Origin: a virus
Taxonomy: Duplodnaviria > Caudoviricetes
Reading direction: 5' to 3' (one strand)
Length of the DNA: 55,061 nt
IMG/VR virus record: IMGVR_UViG_3300021420_000042
Span: 1-55,061 of that record
Part shown: positions 19,017-27,289 of the stretch, one piece after another
Layout of the letters: the number at the start of each line of letters is the position of its first letter
Numbering within the stretch: position 1 is the stretch's first letter
The notes under the pieces: generated by a model
Database searches by the model: none
The model's input: the letters and a program-made list of their open reading frames with translations, nothing else
Told to the model about the DNA's origin: nothing
Made by a program: the position numbers and the translations under genes

Positions 19017-20453
19017 TCATCCGCCGACTCCGGCATAAGGCTCGCCGCGCGGTGCGGCGAGATTGGAGAACCGTGTCAATGCGGACTCAAATTGCAATTC
19101 CAGCGTTCCGGTCGGACCGTGGCGCTGCTTGGCGATGATCAGTTCGGCTTTGCCAACCACGCGGTTGCCATCGGCAAGCCATTGCGTGAACTTGTCGCTG
19201 TTCTGTTCCGATGGCTTGCGCATCAAGTGGTAGTATTCCTCGCGAAACACGAACAGCACCACGTCGGCATCCTGCTCGATCGATCCTGACTCGCGAAGAT
19301 CGGCAAGCTGTGGGCGCTTGTCGTCGCGGCTCTCGACCTGGCGCGACAGTTGCGCGACGGCGAGGATCGGAATGTCGAGGTCCTTGGCCAGCGTTTTCAG
19401 TCCGGTGGTGATCTCGGTTACCTCCATGACTCGGTTCTCGTTCTGCCGGCGTACCGAGCCGTGCATCAATTGCAGATAATCGATCACCAAGAGTGACAGC
19501 CCGTGCTGGCGTTTCAAGCGTCTGGCGCGGGCCGTGACCTGTGCGATGGACAGGCCGCCAGCTTCATCGATGTAGAGCGGCAGCCCAGCCAAACGTTCCG
19601 ACGCGTCGCGGATGCGGTGAAATTCAGGTTCCTCGAATGACCCGCGCCGGATCAGGTTCGACGGAATGCCGGTCTGTTCGGCGATGATGCGAGTCGCCAG
19701 TTGCTCGCGTGACATTTCCAACGAGAAAAACCCAACTCCTTCGCGCTCCTTTCCTTCGTCACGGCACGCTTGTGCGACGTAGTAGGCAATGTTTGTCGCA
19801 AGCGCGGTCTTGCCCATGCCTGGCCGGCCGGCCAGGATGATCAGGTCCGATTTTTGTAACCCGCCCATTTTCCCGTCGAGGTCGATCAAGCCTGTGGCAA
19901 GACCCGACAGGCCGCCGTCACGCTGATAGGCTCTGGCCGCGAGATCGACCGCCTCGGCCAGCGCCATATCGAACTGCACAAAGCCGTCGCCGTACCGCGA
20001 GGTTTCGGCGAGGTGATAAAGCTTGCTTTCCGTTTGCTCGATCAGTTCGTCCGGGTCTTGCGCCATGGCGTGCCGGGCTTGCTGATTGAGATCGTCGCTG
20101 ATCTCGATCAGGCCGCGGCGTGTCGCGAGGTCGCGAATGAGCCGGCCGAAATCGACGGCATTGAAAATCGTGGTGGCCTCTGCGGCCAGGTGCGCCAGAT
20201 ATTGGTTGACCGTGAGGTCTAAATTCTCGAACTGCGGTAGCTGATCCTTGATGGTGACCGGAGTGACGGCGCGGCCGGCGCGGATCATGCGCGCCATCAC
20301 CTCGAATATCTTGCCGTGCATTGGTTCGTAGAAATGCTGCGGCTGTAGAAAATCCGACACGCGATCGAAGGCGACGTTGCTGATCAGGATGGCGCCGAGC
20401 AAGCCCTGTTCGGCTTCCAGTGAAAACGGGTCTGGCAGCACGTCGTCGGTCAT
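19017..20453 (-). CDS. dnaB: Replicative DNA helicase DnaB (alphaproteobacterial type)
   Basis: EAEQGLLGAIL, AGRPGMGKT, FFSLEMS, IDYLQL, QLSRQVESRDDKRPQLADLRESGSIEQDAD, KQRHGPTG. Confidence 0.97.
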   Translation of the reverse strand: MTDDVLPDPFSLEAEQGLLGAILISNVAFDRVSDFLQPQHFYEPMHGKIFEVMARMIRAGRAVTPVTIKDQLPQFENLDLTVNQYLAHLAAEATTIFNAVDFGRLIRDLATRRGLIEISDDLNQQARHAMAQDPDELIEQTESKLYHLAETSRYGDGFVQFDMALAEAVDLAARAYQRDGGLSGLATGLIDLDGKMGGLQKSDLIILAGRPGMGKTALATNIAYYVAQACRDEGKEREGVGFFSLEMSREQLATRIIAEQTGIPSNLIRRGSFEEPEFHRIRDASERLAGLPLYIDEAGGLSIAQVTARARRLKRQHGLSLLVIDYLQLMHGSVRRQNENRVMEVTEITTGLKTLAKDLDIPILAVAQLSRQVESRDDKRPQLADLRESGSIEQDADVVLFVFREEYYHLMRKPSEQNSDKFTQWLADGNRVVGKAELIIAKQRHGPTGTLELQFESALTRFSNLAAPRGEPYAGVGG

Positions 20454-20459
20454 GGCACG

Positions 20460-20957
20460 TCACAGCACCGCTAGACGCACCGGACAGGTTCCTGATCCGA
20501 TCATGCCCAGCGCTCGCGCCGCCGCGATCGAGACATCGATGATCCGGCCGCGAATAAACGGACCGCGGTCATTGATCGTGACGGTGACCGATCGGCCGTT
20601 GCGGGTATTGGTGACCTCGACGCGTGATCCGAATGGCAGGGTCCGGTGCGCCGCCGTCATGCCACCGCCGCGTCCGCCGTACCATGAGGCCATGCCGGTG
20701 TTGGTGGTGTACGGCAACGACGTTTTGCCGCGGCATTGCTGCCACCATTGCGGAGTTTGTTGCGCGCGACTCGGCGGCACTTGGCACCATGACCAAGGCG
20801 CGGTCTCACGGATATCGCCAAGCATGTGCAGCAAGCCGATGCCCAGCGCTGCGACCATGGGATGGACGCGATGCGTGGTGTGACCGGCCAGCGCCGGCTT
20901 GGCGGGCGACAGCACGACGATGCAGGCGGCCAGTGCTGCCGCGGTGGCGATACGCAT
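20460..20957 (-). CDS. rlpA: RlpA-family (DPBB) lytic transglycosylase with signal peptide
   Basis: GMASWYG..TAAHRTLPFGSRVEVTN..VTINDRGPFIRGRIIDVS.AAA..LG. Confidence 0.9.
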   Translation of the reverse strand: MRIATAAALAACIVVLSPAKPALAGHTTHRVHPMVAALGIGLLHMLGDIRETAPWSWCQVPPSRAQQTPQWWQQCRGKTSLPYTTNTGMASWYGGRGGGMTAAHRTLPFGSRVEVTNTRNGRSVTVTINDRGPFIRGRIIDVSIAAARALGMIGSGTCPVRLAVL

Positions 20958-20984
20958 ATTGAGGACTCCGGTTACGCCCGCTCA

Positions 20985-21019
20985 CGTATATTTAACCGCG
21001 TCGGGACCGGCGTCGTCAA
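20985..21019 (-). promoter_or_regulatory. Promoter for rlpA-dnaB with operator-like motif (20985-20998)
   Basis: Minus strand reads TTGACG-N15-CGGTTAAATATACG. Confidence 0.6.
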
Positions 21020-21020
21020 G

Positions 21021-21280
21021 GGGCCTGAATTGGAACTCCGTCGCGCCAGTGTTGGTTTGGATGCCCCACTGAGAAAAGTCAGGTGCGGTCCGCATCTCCG
21101 CAGTGAAGGCCCGGCTATCCGTTGGCCTTATTCCTGGTCATTTAGCGCCGCAGACTTGCTCCCAGGTCGGACTGATCTACTTTCCGCCGTGGGCATTGCC
21201 GCCCATATTTCGCTCACGGTACATTCAATCGATCCGCTGCTTTCGACACCCGGCTGGCGCCGGGGTCGCACCCGATTCAG
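21021..21280 (-). ncRNA. Candidate structured RNA (3' trailer of the AAA/VWA operon)
   Basis: No credible ORF; nested stems CUGAAU/AUUCAG, UCGGGUGCG/CGCACCUGA, CGGA/UCCG, UGGGC/GCCCA, AAGGCC/GGCCUU; shares motifs with 27290-27718. Confidence 0.55.
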
Positions 21281-21523
21281 TTATTCCAGAACGACGCGAT
21301 CGGCTTGCTCGATCTGGTCGCGCAACGCGTCGGCAGCTTCGGACTGCCGGTCAAATTGTTCGGCCAGCCGCTCCCAGCCGGGTTCGCCGTCCTTTTCCAG
21401 TTTGCTAGCGGCCTTGCGGTATTCATCGGCCGCAGTGAATAGCGCCGTGGTCAGCGTGGTGCGCTGATCCTCGGTGAGTGCCGGGTAGTTGGCCCGGCGC
21501 AGTTCTCTCAGTCCTTGCACCAT
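21281..21523 (-). CDS. Hypothetical protein
   Basis: 80-aa ORF with AAGGAAGG RBS. Confidence 0.6.
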   Translation of the reverse strand: MVQGLRELRRANYPALTEDQRTTLTTALFTAADEYRKAASKLEKDGEPGWERLAEQFDRQSEAADALRDQIEQADRVVLE

Positions 21524-21525
21524 TG

Positions 21526-21789
21526 TCAGATTCCTTCCTTTGCTTCGCGACAGGCGCGGTCGCACGCTTCATAATCCCGCGCCCGCATCTGGCCGCCGAT
21601 CAATGCAGCGTCGCCCGCTTTGCAGATGTAGGCGAGTTGATGGACCATAAGCCGCACCGCAGGATCGGCGCAGACATCGCCGCGTTCCTGGCGGACCTCG
21701 CGGCACGCCTCGATGATCGAGTGCGCGATGCCACTTGGATTACAGGCGCCCGTTTGAATCATGAGCGCGTCGGCGTGACGTTTAGCCAT
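21526..21789 (-). CDS. Hypothetical protein
   Basis: 87-aa ORF with GGGAG RBS downstream of a repeated hairpin. Confidence 0.7.
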   Translation of the reverse strand: MAKRHADALMIQTGACNPSGIAHSIIEACREVRQERGDVCADPAVRLMVHQLAYICKAGDAALIGGQMRARDYEACDRACREAKEGI

Positions 21790-21807
21790 TGTTGTCTCCC
21801 GTGATTG

Positions 21808-21854
21808 GATTGCACTGTGACGCGGCGGGACCTACCGCCGCGCTCAGTGGAATC
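21808..21854 (-). repeat. Intergenic hairpin family A, copy 1
   Basis: GATTGCACTGTGACGCGGCGGGACCTACCGCCGCGCTCAGTGGAATC; near-identical to 22626-22672. Confidence 0.85.
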
Positions 21855-21878
21855 GCTTTAAGTACCGCAATGCGGTGG

Positions 21879-21980
21879 TTAAGATTTCTCGACATTTTCG
21901 TCAATCCATTCGCGGCCGGCATCGGTGAGCGGCGTGAACGTGAACACGCTGCCGTGGTTGGATACTATGACATCTGCCAT
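21879..21980 (-). CDS. 33-aa peptide, possibly a truncated gene
   Basis: GGGAG RBS; MADVIVSNHGSVFTFTPLTDAGREWIDENVEKS*. Confidence 0.5.
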   Translation of the reverse strand: MADVIVSNHGSVFTFTPLTDAGREWIDENVEKS

Positions 21981-22000
21981 GGTGGTTTCTCCCTTTGGTT

Positions 22001-22237
22001 TCAACGTGCGCGCCATGATGCCCCTCGCTGTGCATTGTAGCGAAATTCGATGACTGAGGCGTCCTTATAGTGCGCTTCCAAGAACGTTACACGTCCGCTT
22101 GCATTGCGACGCTCGCCAACGATTCGCGCCGGCTCGAACAGCTTGCGCGGGGTATTGCGATACATGGCATAGCCGCCCGTCAAGGTGACGGCGCTGGCGT
22201 CGGCGACCAACGCGATGATTTTTTTAGCGGTTGTCAT
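22001..22237 (-). CDS. Hypothetical protein
   Basis: ATGA-coupled ORF MTTAKKII... Confidence 0.55.
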   Translation of the reverse strand: MTTAKKIIALVADASAVTLTGGYAMYRNTPRKLFEPARIVGERRNASGRVTFLEAHYKDASVIEFRYNAQRGASWRAR

Positions 22238-22608
22238 CGCGGGAACCCCGCTGTCATCCGCGCCCACTCGGCATCGGAATAGTTTTTCTGGATTTCGGAT
22301 TCCTTTGGCGTGGCGCGCGTGCCAAGGATGAACTCGACATCGACCACGTCGCCGTCTTTCAGTTCTGCCCAGTGTGTTTTGACGTAGTGATGTGCGACCT
22401 GTCTGGTGTGGCTTTTCTGCCGCTCCGGATTGTAGCCGCCTTCCCAGTCGTGAGCGCCGACCAGCACCACGTAGCGGTCTGGACAATCGCCATAGCCGGC
22501 GTGCCGTAGTACGGCGCGCTGGGCCTCGTTGTCGGCGGTCGGTTTGATCGCCAGCATCGAGATCGTTGTGCCTTCGTCGCGAATTTCAAGACATTTGATT
22601 TCCATCAC
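22234..22608 (-). CDS. Hypothetical phage protein
   Basis: KCLEIRDEGT..AH.Y...HW.ELKDGDVVDVEFILG..PK.SE; GGGAG RBS. Confidence 0.75.
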   Translation of the reverse strand: MMEIKCLEIRDEGTTISMLAIKPTADNEAQRAVLRHAGYGDCPDRYVVLVGAHDWEGGYNPERQKSHTRQVAHHYVKTHWAELKDGDVVDVEFILGTRATPKESEIQKNYSDAEWARMTAGFPR

Positions 22609-22625
22609 AGTCTCCCGTTTGGTTT

Positions 22626-22672
22626 GATTGCACTGTGAGGCGGCGGGACTTACCGCCGCCCTCAGTCCAGTC
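22626..22672 (-). repeat. Intergenic hairpin family A, copy 2
   Basis: GATTGCACTGTGAGGCGGCGGGACTTACCGCCGCCCTCAGTCCAGTC; compensatory C-G to G-C pair relative to copy 1. Confidence 0.85.
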
Positions 22673-24191
22673 AGTGGGCACCAACGTCAAGGCCGGGCGC
22701 TCCCCATGGCGCGTTGGCGAGATACCCGCGCACCTTGTCGGGGTAGCCGTGCGCCGCGAACAGCACCGGCATTGAAGGCTCTGGACCGTTGTGTTCCAAA
22801 TCTTCAAACTCCATGTCGGTGAAGCAAACGACCAGCGACGCGTCCGGGGCGTTTTCCTCGACCCAGTTGAACAAGGGTCGCATCCGCGTCCCGCCGCCGC
22901 CCTTCGGATCGAACTCGATCTCATCGCCAGCGTGGTATTCGTCAACCCGCGTGACCCGCGTGTCGCCGTACACCACCACGACCTGATCAAGCACGCCATC
23001 ATCCAATGCCGCCTGCGCTTCCTCGTTGACGCATTGTAGCGCTTTGGCATCGCACGATGCAGAGGTATCGACCAGGAACACGCCCTTGTTGATACCGTCG
23101 CGTTGATTGCCCGGCAGGATCAGACCCTGGCCGGCAAAGCGCCGGTTGGGTCGGTTCCAGGTCTGGCTGACCAGCGCGCCTTGATCGAACCATGCCCGCA
23201 ATGTTTCGCGCCAGTCTTGTTTGCCGGCGTTCATGCGCTCGATCTCGCGGGTCATGTAGCCCGGCAGGTCGCCACGCGCTTTGGCCAATGACACGGCCTG
23301 CCGCGTGATCACGTCCCACTTGGCGTCCTGTTCGGCGATCTCTGCCGCGTCGGGCGCCGCGTCCAAAACCTCGCCGCACTGGCCCGCATCATTGCCGCCT
23401 TTCGGTGGCTCCGCTTGGCCCGCGTCGCTGTCCTGGTCGCCGGGTTGGTCGCCAGCGCTCGCGCCGTCGCCATCGGAAGGCTTGTCGCCTTCGTCATGGT
23501 CGCCGTCGCCGTTGCCGGCTTCCGCGTCGGCCTCGCGTTCGGCCTGTTCGCCGTCCGCATGGCCTTCGGCTTCCTCGTCCGGCTCATCGCCGGGTTTGGA
23601 TTGCTCGCTAGCATCGTCGGCGCCCGATTGATCGTCTCCGGATTCGTTGTCCGCTTCGGCATCGCCGTCGCCCGATTCTTGTTCGGACTGGCCCGGTTTG
23701 TTTTCGGGCTGGCCCTGGACGGGCTGTTGCTGGTCTTGCTGTTCTTTCTCGCGATTGGCTCGATCGAGTTCGCGGCAGCGGTAGATATCTTCCGCCGACA
23801 TACCCTTGTAATTGGGCTTCCAGTTTTCCGACAGCCACACCATGTGCGTCGCCGGCAGCTTGAAACCCTCGCCAAGAATATCTTGGTCGAGCGCGAGATC
23901 GCACGCCGCATTCCATTCCTTCGGATCACGCGCGCCGCGCCGTGTCGAGTGGTGCCGCGCGTCGTGTTCGCTTTCGTGAACCTGTGTCCCTTCGATTTCG
24001 GCTTGGGGCAGGCTCATTACAAAATCGGGATTCCAGTAGTGATGTTTGCTGTCGGTGCCTGCGGTCTTGACCGATCGTGACATGATCGGCACGACGTTGG
24101 CGACCAAACAACCGTAGAATGGCCGACTTGCAATGACCGCGGCTCGCGCCTTTTGGACGCGCTCCGCTGCCAGTTTTTCAAGGTTTTCCAT
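22671..24191 (-). CDS. DUF2201-type metallopeptidase + VWA domain protein
   Basis: TAGTD..HESEH (HExxH)..WNAACD; long acidic linker; W.RPNRR; VDTSAS MIDAS, GGGGT, FTD. Confidence 0.85.
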   Translation of the reverse strand: MENLEKLAAERVQKARAAVIASRPFYGCLVANVVPIMSRSVKTAGTDSKHHYWNPDFVMSLPQAEIEGTQVHESEHDARHHSTRRGARDPKEWNAACDLALDQDILGEGFKLPATHMVWLSENWKPNYKGMSAEDIYRCRELDRANREKEQQDQQQPVQGQPENKPGQSEQESGDGDAEADNESGDDQSGADDASEQSKPGDEPDEEAEGHADGEQAEREADAEAGNGDGDHDEGDKPSDGDGASAGDQPGDQDSDAGQAEPPKGGNDAGQCGEVLDAAPDAAEIAEQDAKWDVITRQAVSLAKARGDLPGYMTREIERMNAGKQDWRETLRAWFDQGALVSQTWNRPNRRFAGQGLILPGNQRDGINKGVFLVDTSASCDAKALQCVNEEAQAALDDGVLDQVVVVYGDTRVTRVDEYHAGDEIEFDPKGGGGTRMRPLFNWVEENAPDASLVVCFTDMEFEDLEHNGPEPSMPVLFAAHGYPDKVRGYLANAPWGAPGLDVGAH

Positions 24192-24212
24192 TGGTGACTC
24201 CTAAAGAGTAAA

Positions 24213-24261
24213 AATCGCACGACACCGCGCCGGGCCTCACTCCGGCGCGATAGCTTGCGAT
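24213..24261 (-). repeat. Intergenic hairpin family B, copy 1
   Basis: AATCGCACGACACCGCGCCGGGCCTCACTCCGGCGCGATAGCTTGCGAT; similar to 25184-25232. Confidence 0.85.
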
Positions 24262-24262
24262 G

Positions 24263-25162
24263 TCAGGCCATGAACTTGGACATGTCCCGCATGATCGACT
24301 CGGCGGATTTCTGCACCACCGCGCGAACGTTGTCATCCTCGCGCAGCTTTGCAGTTTCCTCGACGCACAATTCGTCTTTGATCCGCTTGGCGATCTTGGC
24401 CAGTTTCGGATCATCGGTCAGATTGAACGCCGGCAGCCGTGCCGCCAGTTCGCGAACATTCGGCACCAGCGAGTCGAGAAAGAACTTGCGTCCCTTCAAG
24501 CCAGTTTGCGGTTCCGATTTGAACTCGGCCAGCTTTTTGACCATGTGTCCGACCACGTCGCGGATTTGTTTCGCCGTGTCCTGCATCGCGACATCGACCG
24601 CGTTTTTCGACGTGGCCTTGATCTCCGCGCGCATTTCCTCGGCGATTTCATCCTCGACATCGGCGCGAAAGTCCGTTGCATCGGGGAACGGCATCAAGAC
24701 CAGATCAAGCTTGAACTTGCCTCTGATCTCGCTCGCTTCCGGATAGTCCGATTGTTTGAACAGTCCGTTCAGCGCTACTTTGCGTTCCTCGACAAACTTG
24801 GGATAATCGCGACAAAAATCGTCGGCTGCTTGGGCAAAGTCCCGTTTCAAAACGCGGAACTTATTCGCGAACTCGCCGTAGAGAACGTTCGGCAGAATTC
24901 GCGGCCCTTCATCGGCCCACGGTTTGGTCAGTTTGTGGTGCAGGTCGCGCGCATGTGATACCAGCTTGTTGATCTCTTTGAGGCGATCGGCCTCGATCAA
25001 CAGCTTGTTGTATCGGCCGGCGTCCTTTGCGGCGCCGTGCGCCTCGTTGACTTCGTCCGTTACGCGCCGATCCAGCTTGCGCGCCGTCCATTGCGAAATG
25101 TTGACGGCGACCAGCACGGCCTTGCGCGAAAGCGGCGATGCCACTGTCTTTGCTCTTGCCAT
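24263..25162 (-). CDS. Conserved phage protein associated with AAA/VWA modules (DUF3150-like)
   Basis: AVLVAVNISQWTARKLD..AGRYNKLL..TKPWADEGPRILP..LF..SDYP..N+TDDP.L; lies between AAA and VWA genes. Confidence 0.65.
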   Translation of the reverse strand: MARAKTVASPLSRKAVLVAVNISQWTARKLDRRVTDEVNEAHGAAKDAGRYNKLLIEADRLKEINKLVSHARDLHHKLTKPWADEGPRILPNVLYGEFANKFRVLKRDFAQAADDFCRDYPKFVEERKVALNGLFKQSDYPEASEIRGKFKLDLVLMPFPDATDFRADVEDEIAEEMRAEIKATSKNAVDVAMQDTAKQIRDVVGHMVKKLAEFKSEPQTGLKGRKFFLDSLVPNVRELAARLPAFNLTDDPKLAKIAKRIKDELCVEETAKLREDDNVRAVVQKSAESIMRDMSKFMA

Positions 25163-25183
25163 TGTTGTCTCCTATGTGTGCGG

Positions 25184-25232
25184 AATCGCACGACACCGCG
25201 CCGGGTCTCAATCCGTCGCGGTAGCTTGCGTT
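25184..25232 (-). repeat. Intergenic hairpin family B, copy 2
   Basis: AATCGCACGACACCGCGCCGGGTCTCAATCCGTCGCGGTAGCTTGCGTT. Confidence 0.85.
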
Positions 25233-25234
25233 TC

Positions 25235-26275
25235 TTATTGGACAAGCACATCCTGATTGGCGCAGGCCCATGCGCCATAGGCGCTTACGTTTGCGAGCGC
25301 TGGATCACGACGAACAGCGTCAGTCACCGTCAACACCTCAAATTCGCGGCGCGGATTTGGCTGTTCGCTGCCAATTCGCTTGGCGTAAGTGATGAGTGAT
25401 GGCATAGTTTTTCGAGTTGCTATCGTCGCTAGGCCAGTGCAAACCGCGTAGCGCTCAGACGGCTCTGTCGGTATCTTGGCCGTCGTAGGATTGGTCAAGA
25501 TATCGTCCAGCGTGCCGAGCGATCGATACAGCCCGATAAACGCGTCCAGTTCGCCGGCAACTTGTTCGCCGACCAGTCCAGCAAACAACAATTGCCGGAT
25601 CGCGTCTGGCGCACCGACGTGCTTGCTGCACTTAGTGAGGGTTCGCGGTGTCGGAAACGCATCTTCGTCGCCCTTCGGCATGATATGCAAAAGTTCGCGA
25701 CGAAACCTGACGAACGCGATGATCTCTGGCGCCACGTTGTTTTGCACCGCCCAAAGGCACCACGCTTCAACGTCTGGAATGACGTTAATGTGGCCGAACC
25801 GATTTCGGTTCGCGGTCGGTGTTCGCACCGTGGCCGTTCTGTCGGTCATCTTGTTGCCGGTCGCCACGACCTCCCAGTTTCCAGGGGTGCCGAGTTTTCC
25901 AGGCAAGATGTATTCGCCGATCTTGCCCTCAAGTGCGAGGCCAAGACACGCATTCATGACCTGTTGCGTTCCGGTATTGAATTCGTCCAGCAACAGAATA
26001 CCGCGCTCGCCGTCGCGTTTGATTTGCGGCAGTTCGCCCGGCACTAGCCAACGCGTCGTTCCTGTTTTCAGATCGGGCACTGGAATGCCGTGAAAATCGA
26101 CGGTGTCTCGAATGTTGGTCAGAATCGTAATGACATTACGTTCCTGTTTTTTTCCAACTTGATGCACCAATTCAGTTTTTCCGATTCCAGGTGACCCGTG
26201 AATCCAGGATGACTGGCCAGCCCCGATGTAGTGTTCGAGTAGCTGTTCAGCCTTGTCCATGGTTACGTCTGTCAT
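25235..26275 (-). CDS. MoxR/CbbQ-like AAA+ ATPase
   Basis: Walker A GSPGIGKT, Walker B LLLDE, ATGN, NRF, FPTPR; AAGGAG RBS before ATG 26275. Confidence 0.9.
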   Translation of the reverse strand: MTDVTMDKAEQLLEHYIGAGQSSWIHGSPGIGKTELVHQVGKKQERNVITILTNIRDTVDFHGIPVPDLKTGTTRWLVPGELPQIKRDGERGILLLDEFNTGTQQVMNACLGLALEGKIGEYILPGKLGTPGNWEVVATGNKMTDRTATVRTPTANRNRFGHINVIPDVEAWCLWAVQNNVAPEIIAFVRFRRELLHIMPKGDEDAFPTPRTLTKCSKHVGAPDAIRQLLFAGLVGEQVAGELDAFIGLYRSLGTLDDILTNPTTAKIPTEPSERYAVCTGLATIATRKTMPSLITYAKRIGSEQPNPRREFEVLTVTDAVRRDPALANVSAYGAWACANQDVLVQ

Positions 26276-26334
26276 AGTGACTCCTTTCGATTGATCATAT
26301 CGTGACGCGCCGCGAACGGCGCGCTTCGATAGGG

Positions 26335-26745
26335 TCAGAAACACCGAATTGAATTGGAAAGTTTTTGTGTGAGGCCGTATTCCGAAATCGTGCTGATATC
26401 GATTGCGGTCGGCGCTAACGAGACTTTATTTTCCCGTTCGATAGCGTCTTGAACGCCGGCCGCAGCGGCAGCATTTAGCTTCGCTTCAAACGCCTTGGAA
26501 CCGCGCGGAATTTCAGCAGATGATCGCGTTGTCATTTTTTGGTCCTTTCCAAAATTGAACGTGTCGTTCCATTTGGCCTTATTGACGTGAACCTTGCCGG
26601 CCGCGTGGTCGGCAACAAATTGATTGGCGCGCACCATCGCCAACTCGGCCTCTGCCTCGTTGGTGAAAGGAAACACGATATCGAACAAGGTGCCGTCCTT
26701 ACATTTGGCCATGACGGCATCGGCCAGCGTGACGATTGCAAACAT
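26335..26745 (-). CDS. Hypothetical protein (possible second in-frame start at 26535)
   Basis: GGAGG RBS; internal AAAGGACCAAAAAATG. Confidence 0.6.
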   Translation of the reverse strand: MFAIVTLADAVMAKCKDGTLFDIVFPFTNEAEAELAMVRANQFVADHAAGKVHVNKAKWNDTFNFGKDQKMTTRSSAEIPRGSKAFEAKLNAAAAAGVQDAIERENKVSLAPTAIDISTISEYGLTQKLSNSIRCF

Positions 26746-27049
26746 TTGTCAGTCCTCCATTGTTGTGAATAGGTTTGAACCGTCGCACTCACTGCCCTCC
26801 ACCGGGTACTCCCACTCTGTGGTTTTTGCCGGGGGGCAATGGATTGGCCGAACTGTGCGACGGTCCAAATTGGTGACGGCATCCAAGATTGTCATCCAAA
26901 CGTATCCGGACTCTTTGACCAGGATGCCGCGTCTATTGGTGTGATCCGCCCCGGCTCAAAGTGTCCGGGGCCGGCCGCAGGTAGCTCTCACTGCGGTAGA
27001 GTCGCGCGATGAATTTCGTGACGGCGCCCGTGAGCGCCGCTGGCGAAAG

Positions 27050-27205
27050 TCATTTGAACCAAGCAAGAATGGTTGCGCAAAATGGGCAGTTGACCCATTT
27101 TACAGACGCCGTAAATCGCTCGGTTTCCTCCGCTTCCATATAAGCTTGCGAAGCGGCGTAGCCTTGTGCGAATTCAGCGTGGATGGCGGTCATTGACGCG
27201 GTCAT
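27050..27205 (-). CDS. Small hypothetical protein (51 aa)
   Basis: MTASMTAIHAEFAQGY...VNCPFCATILAWFK*. Confidence 0.4.
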   Translation of the reverse strand: MTASMTAIHAEFAQGYAASQAYMEAEETERFTASVKWVNCPFCATILAWFK

Positions 27206-27235
27206 TGTGTAGTGCCCCGTTGAGTAGCGATGAAT

Positions 27236-27277
27236 TTACTTTTTGAACGGCCAAGTCAGGTCGAATTTCCAAGACAT
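27236..27277 (-). CDS. Candidate 13-aa leader peptide MSWKFDLTWPFKK
   Basis: AAGGGAG RBS 6 nt before ATG, immediately after the structured leader. Confidence 0.4.
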   Translation of the reverse strand: MSWKFDLTWPFKK

Positions 27278-27289
27278 GACGATCTCCCT

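Noticed and set aside
21808-25232. CRISPR array
   Set aside because: Repeats come in pairs separated by whole genes, not 30-40-nt spacers; no cas genes
26775-26869. Group II intron domain V
   Set aside because: Ends in ACGGUUC but lacks the AGC/CGC triad and 2-nt bulge, and the loop is too large
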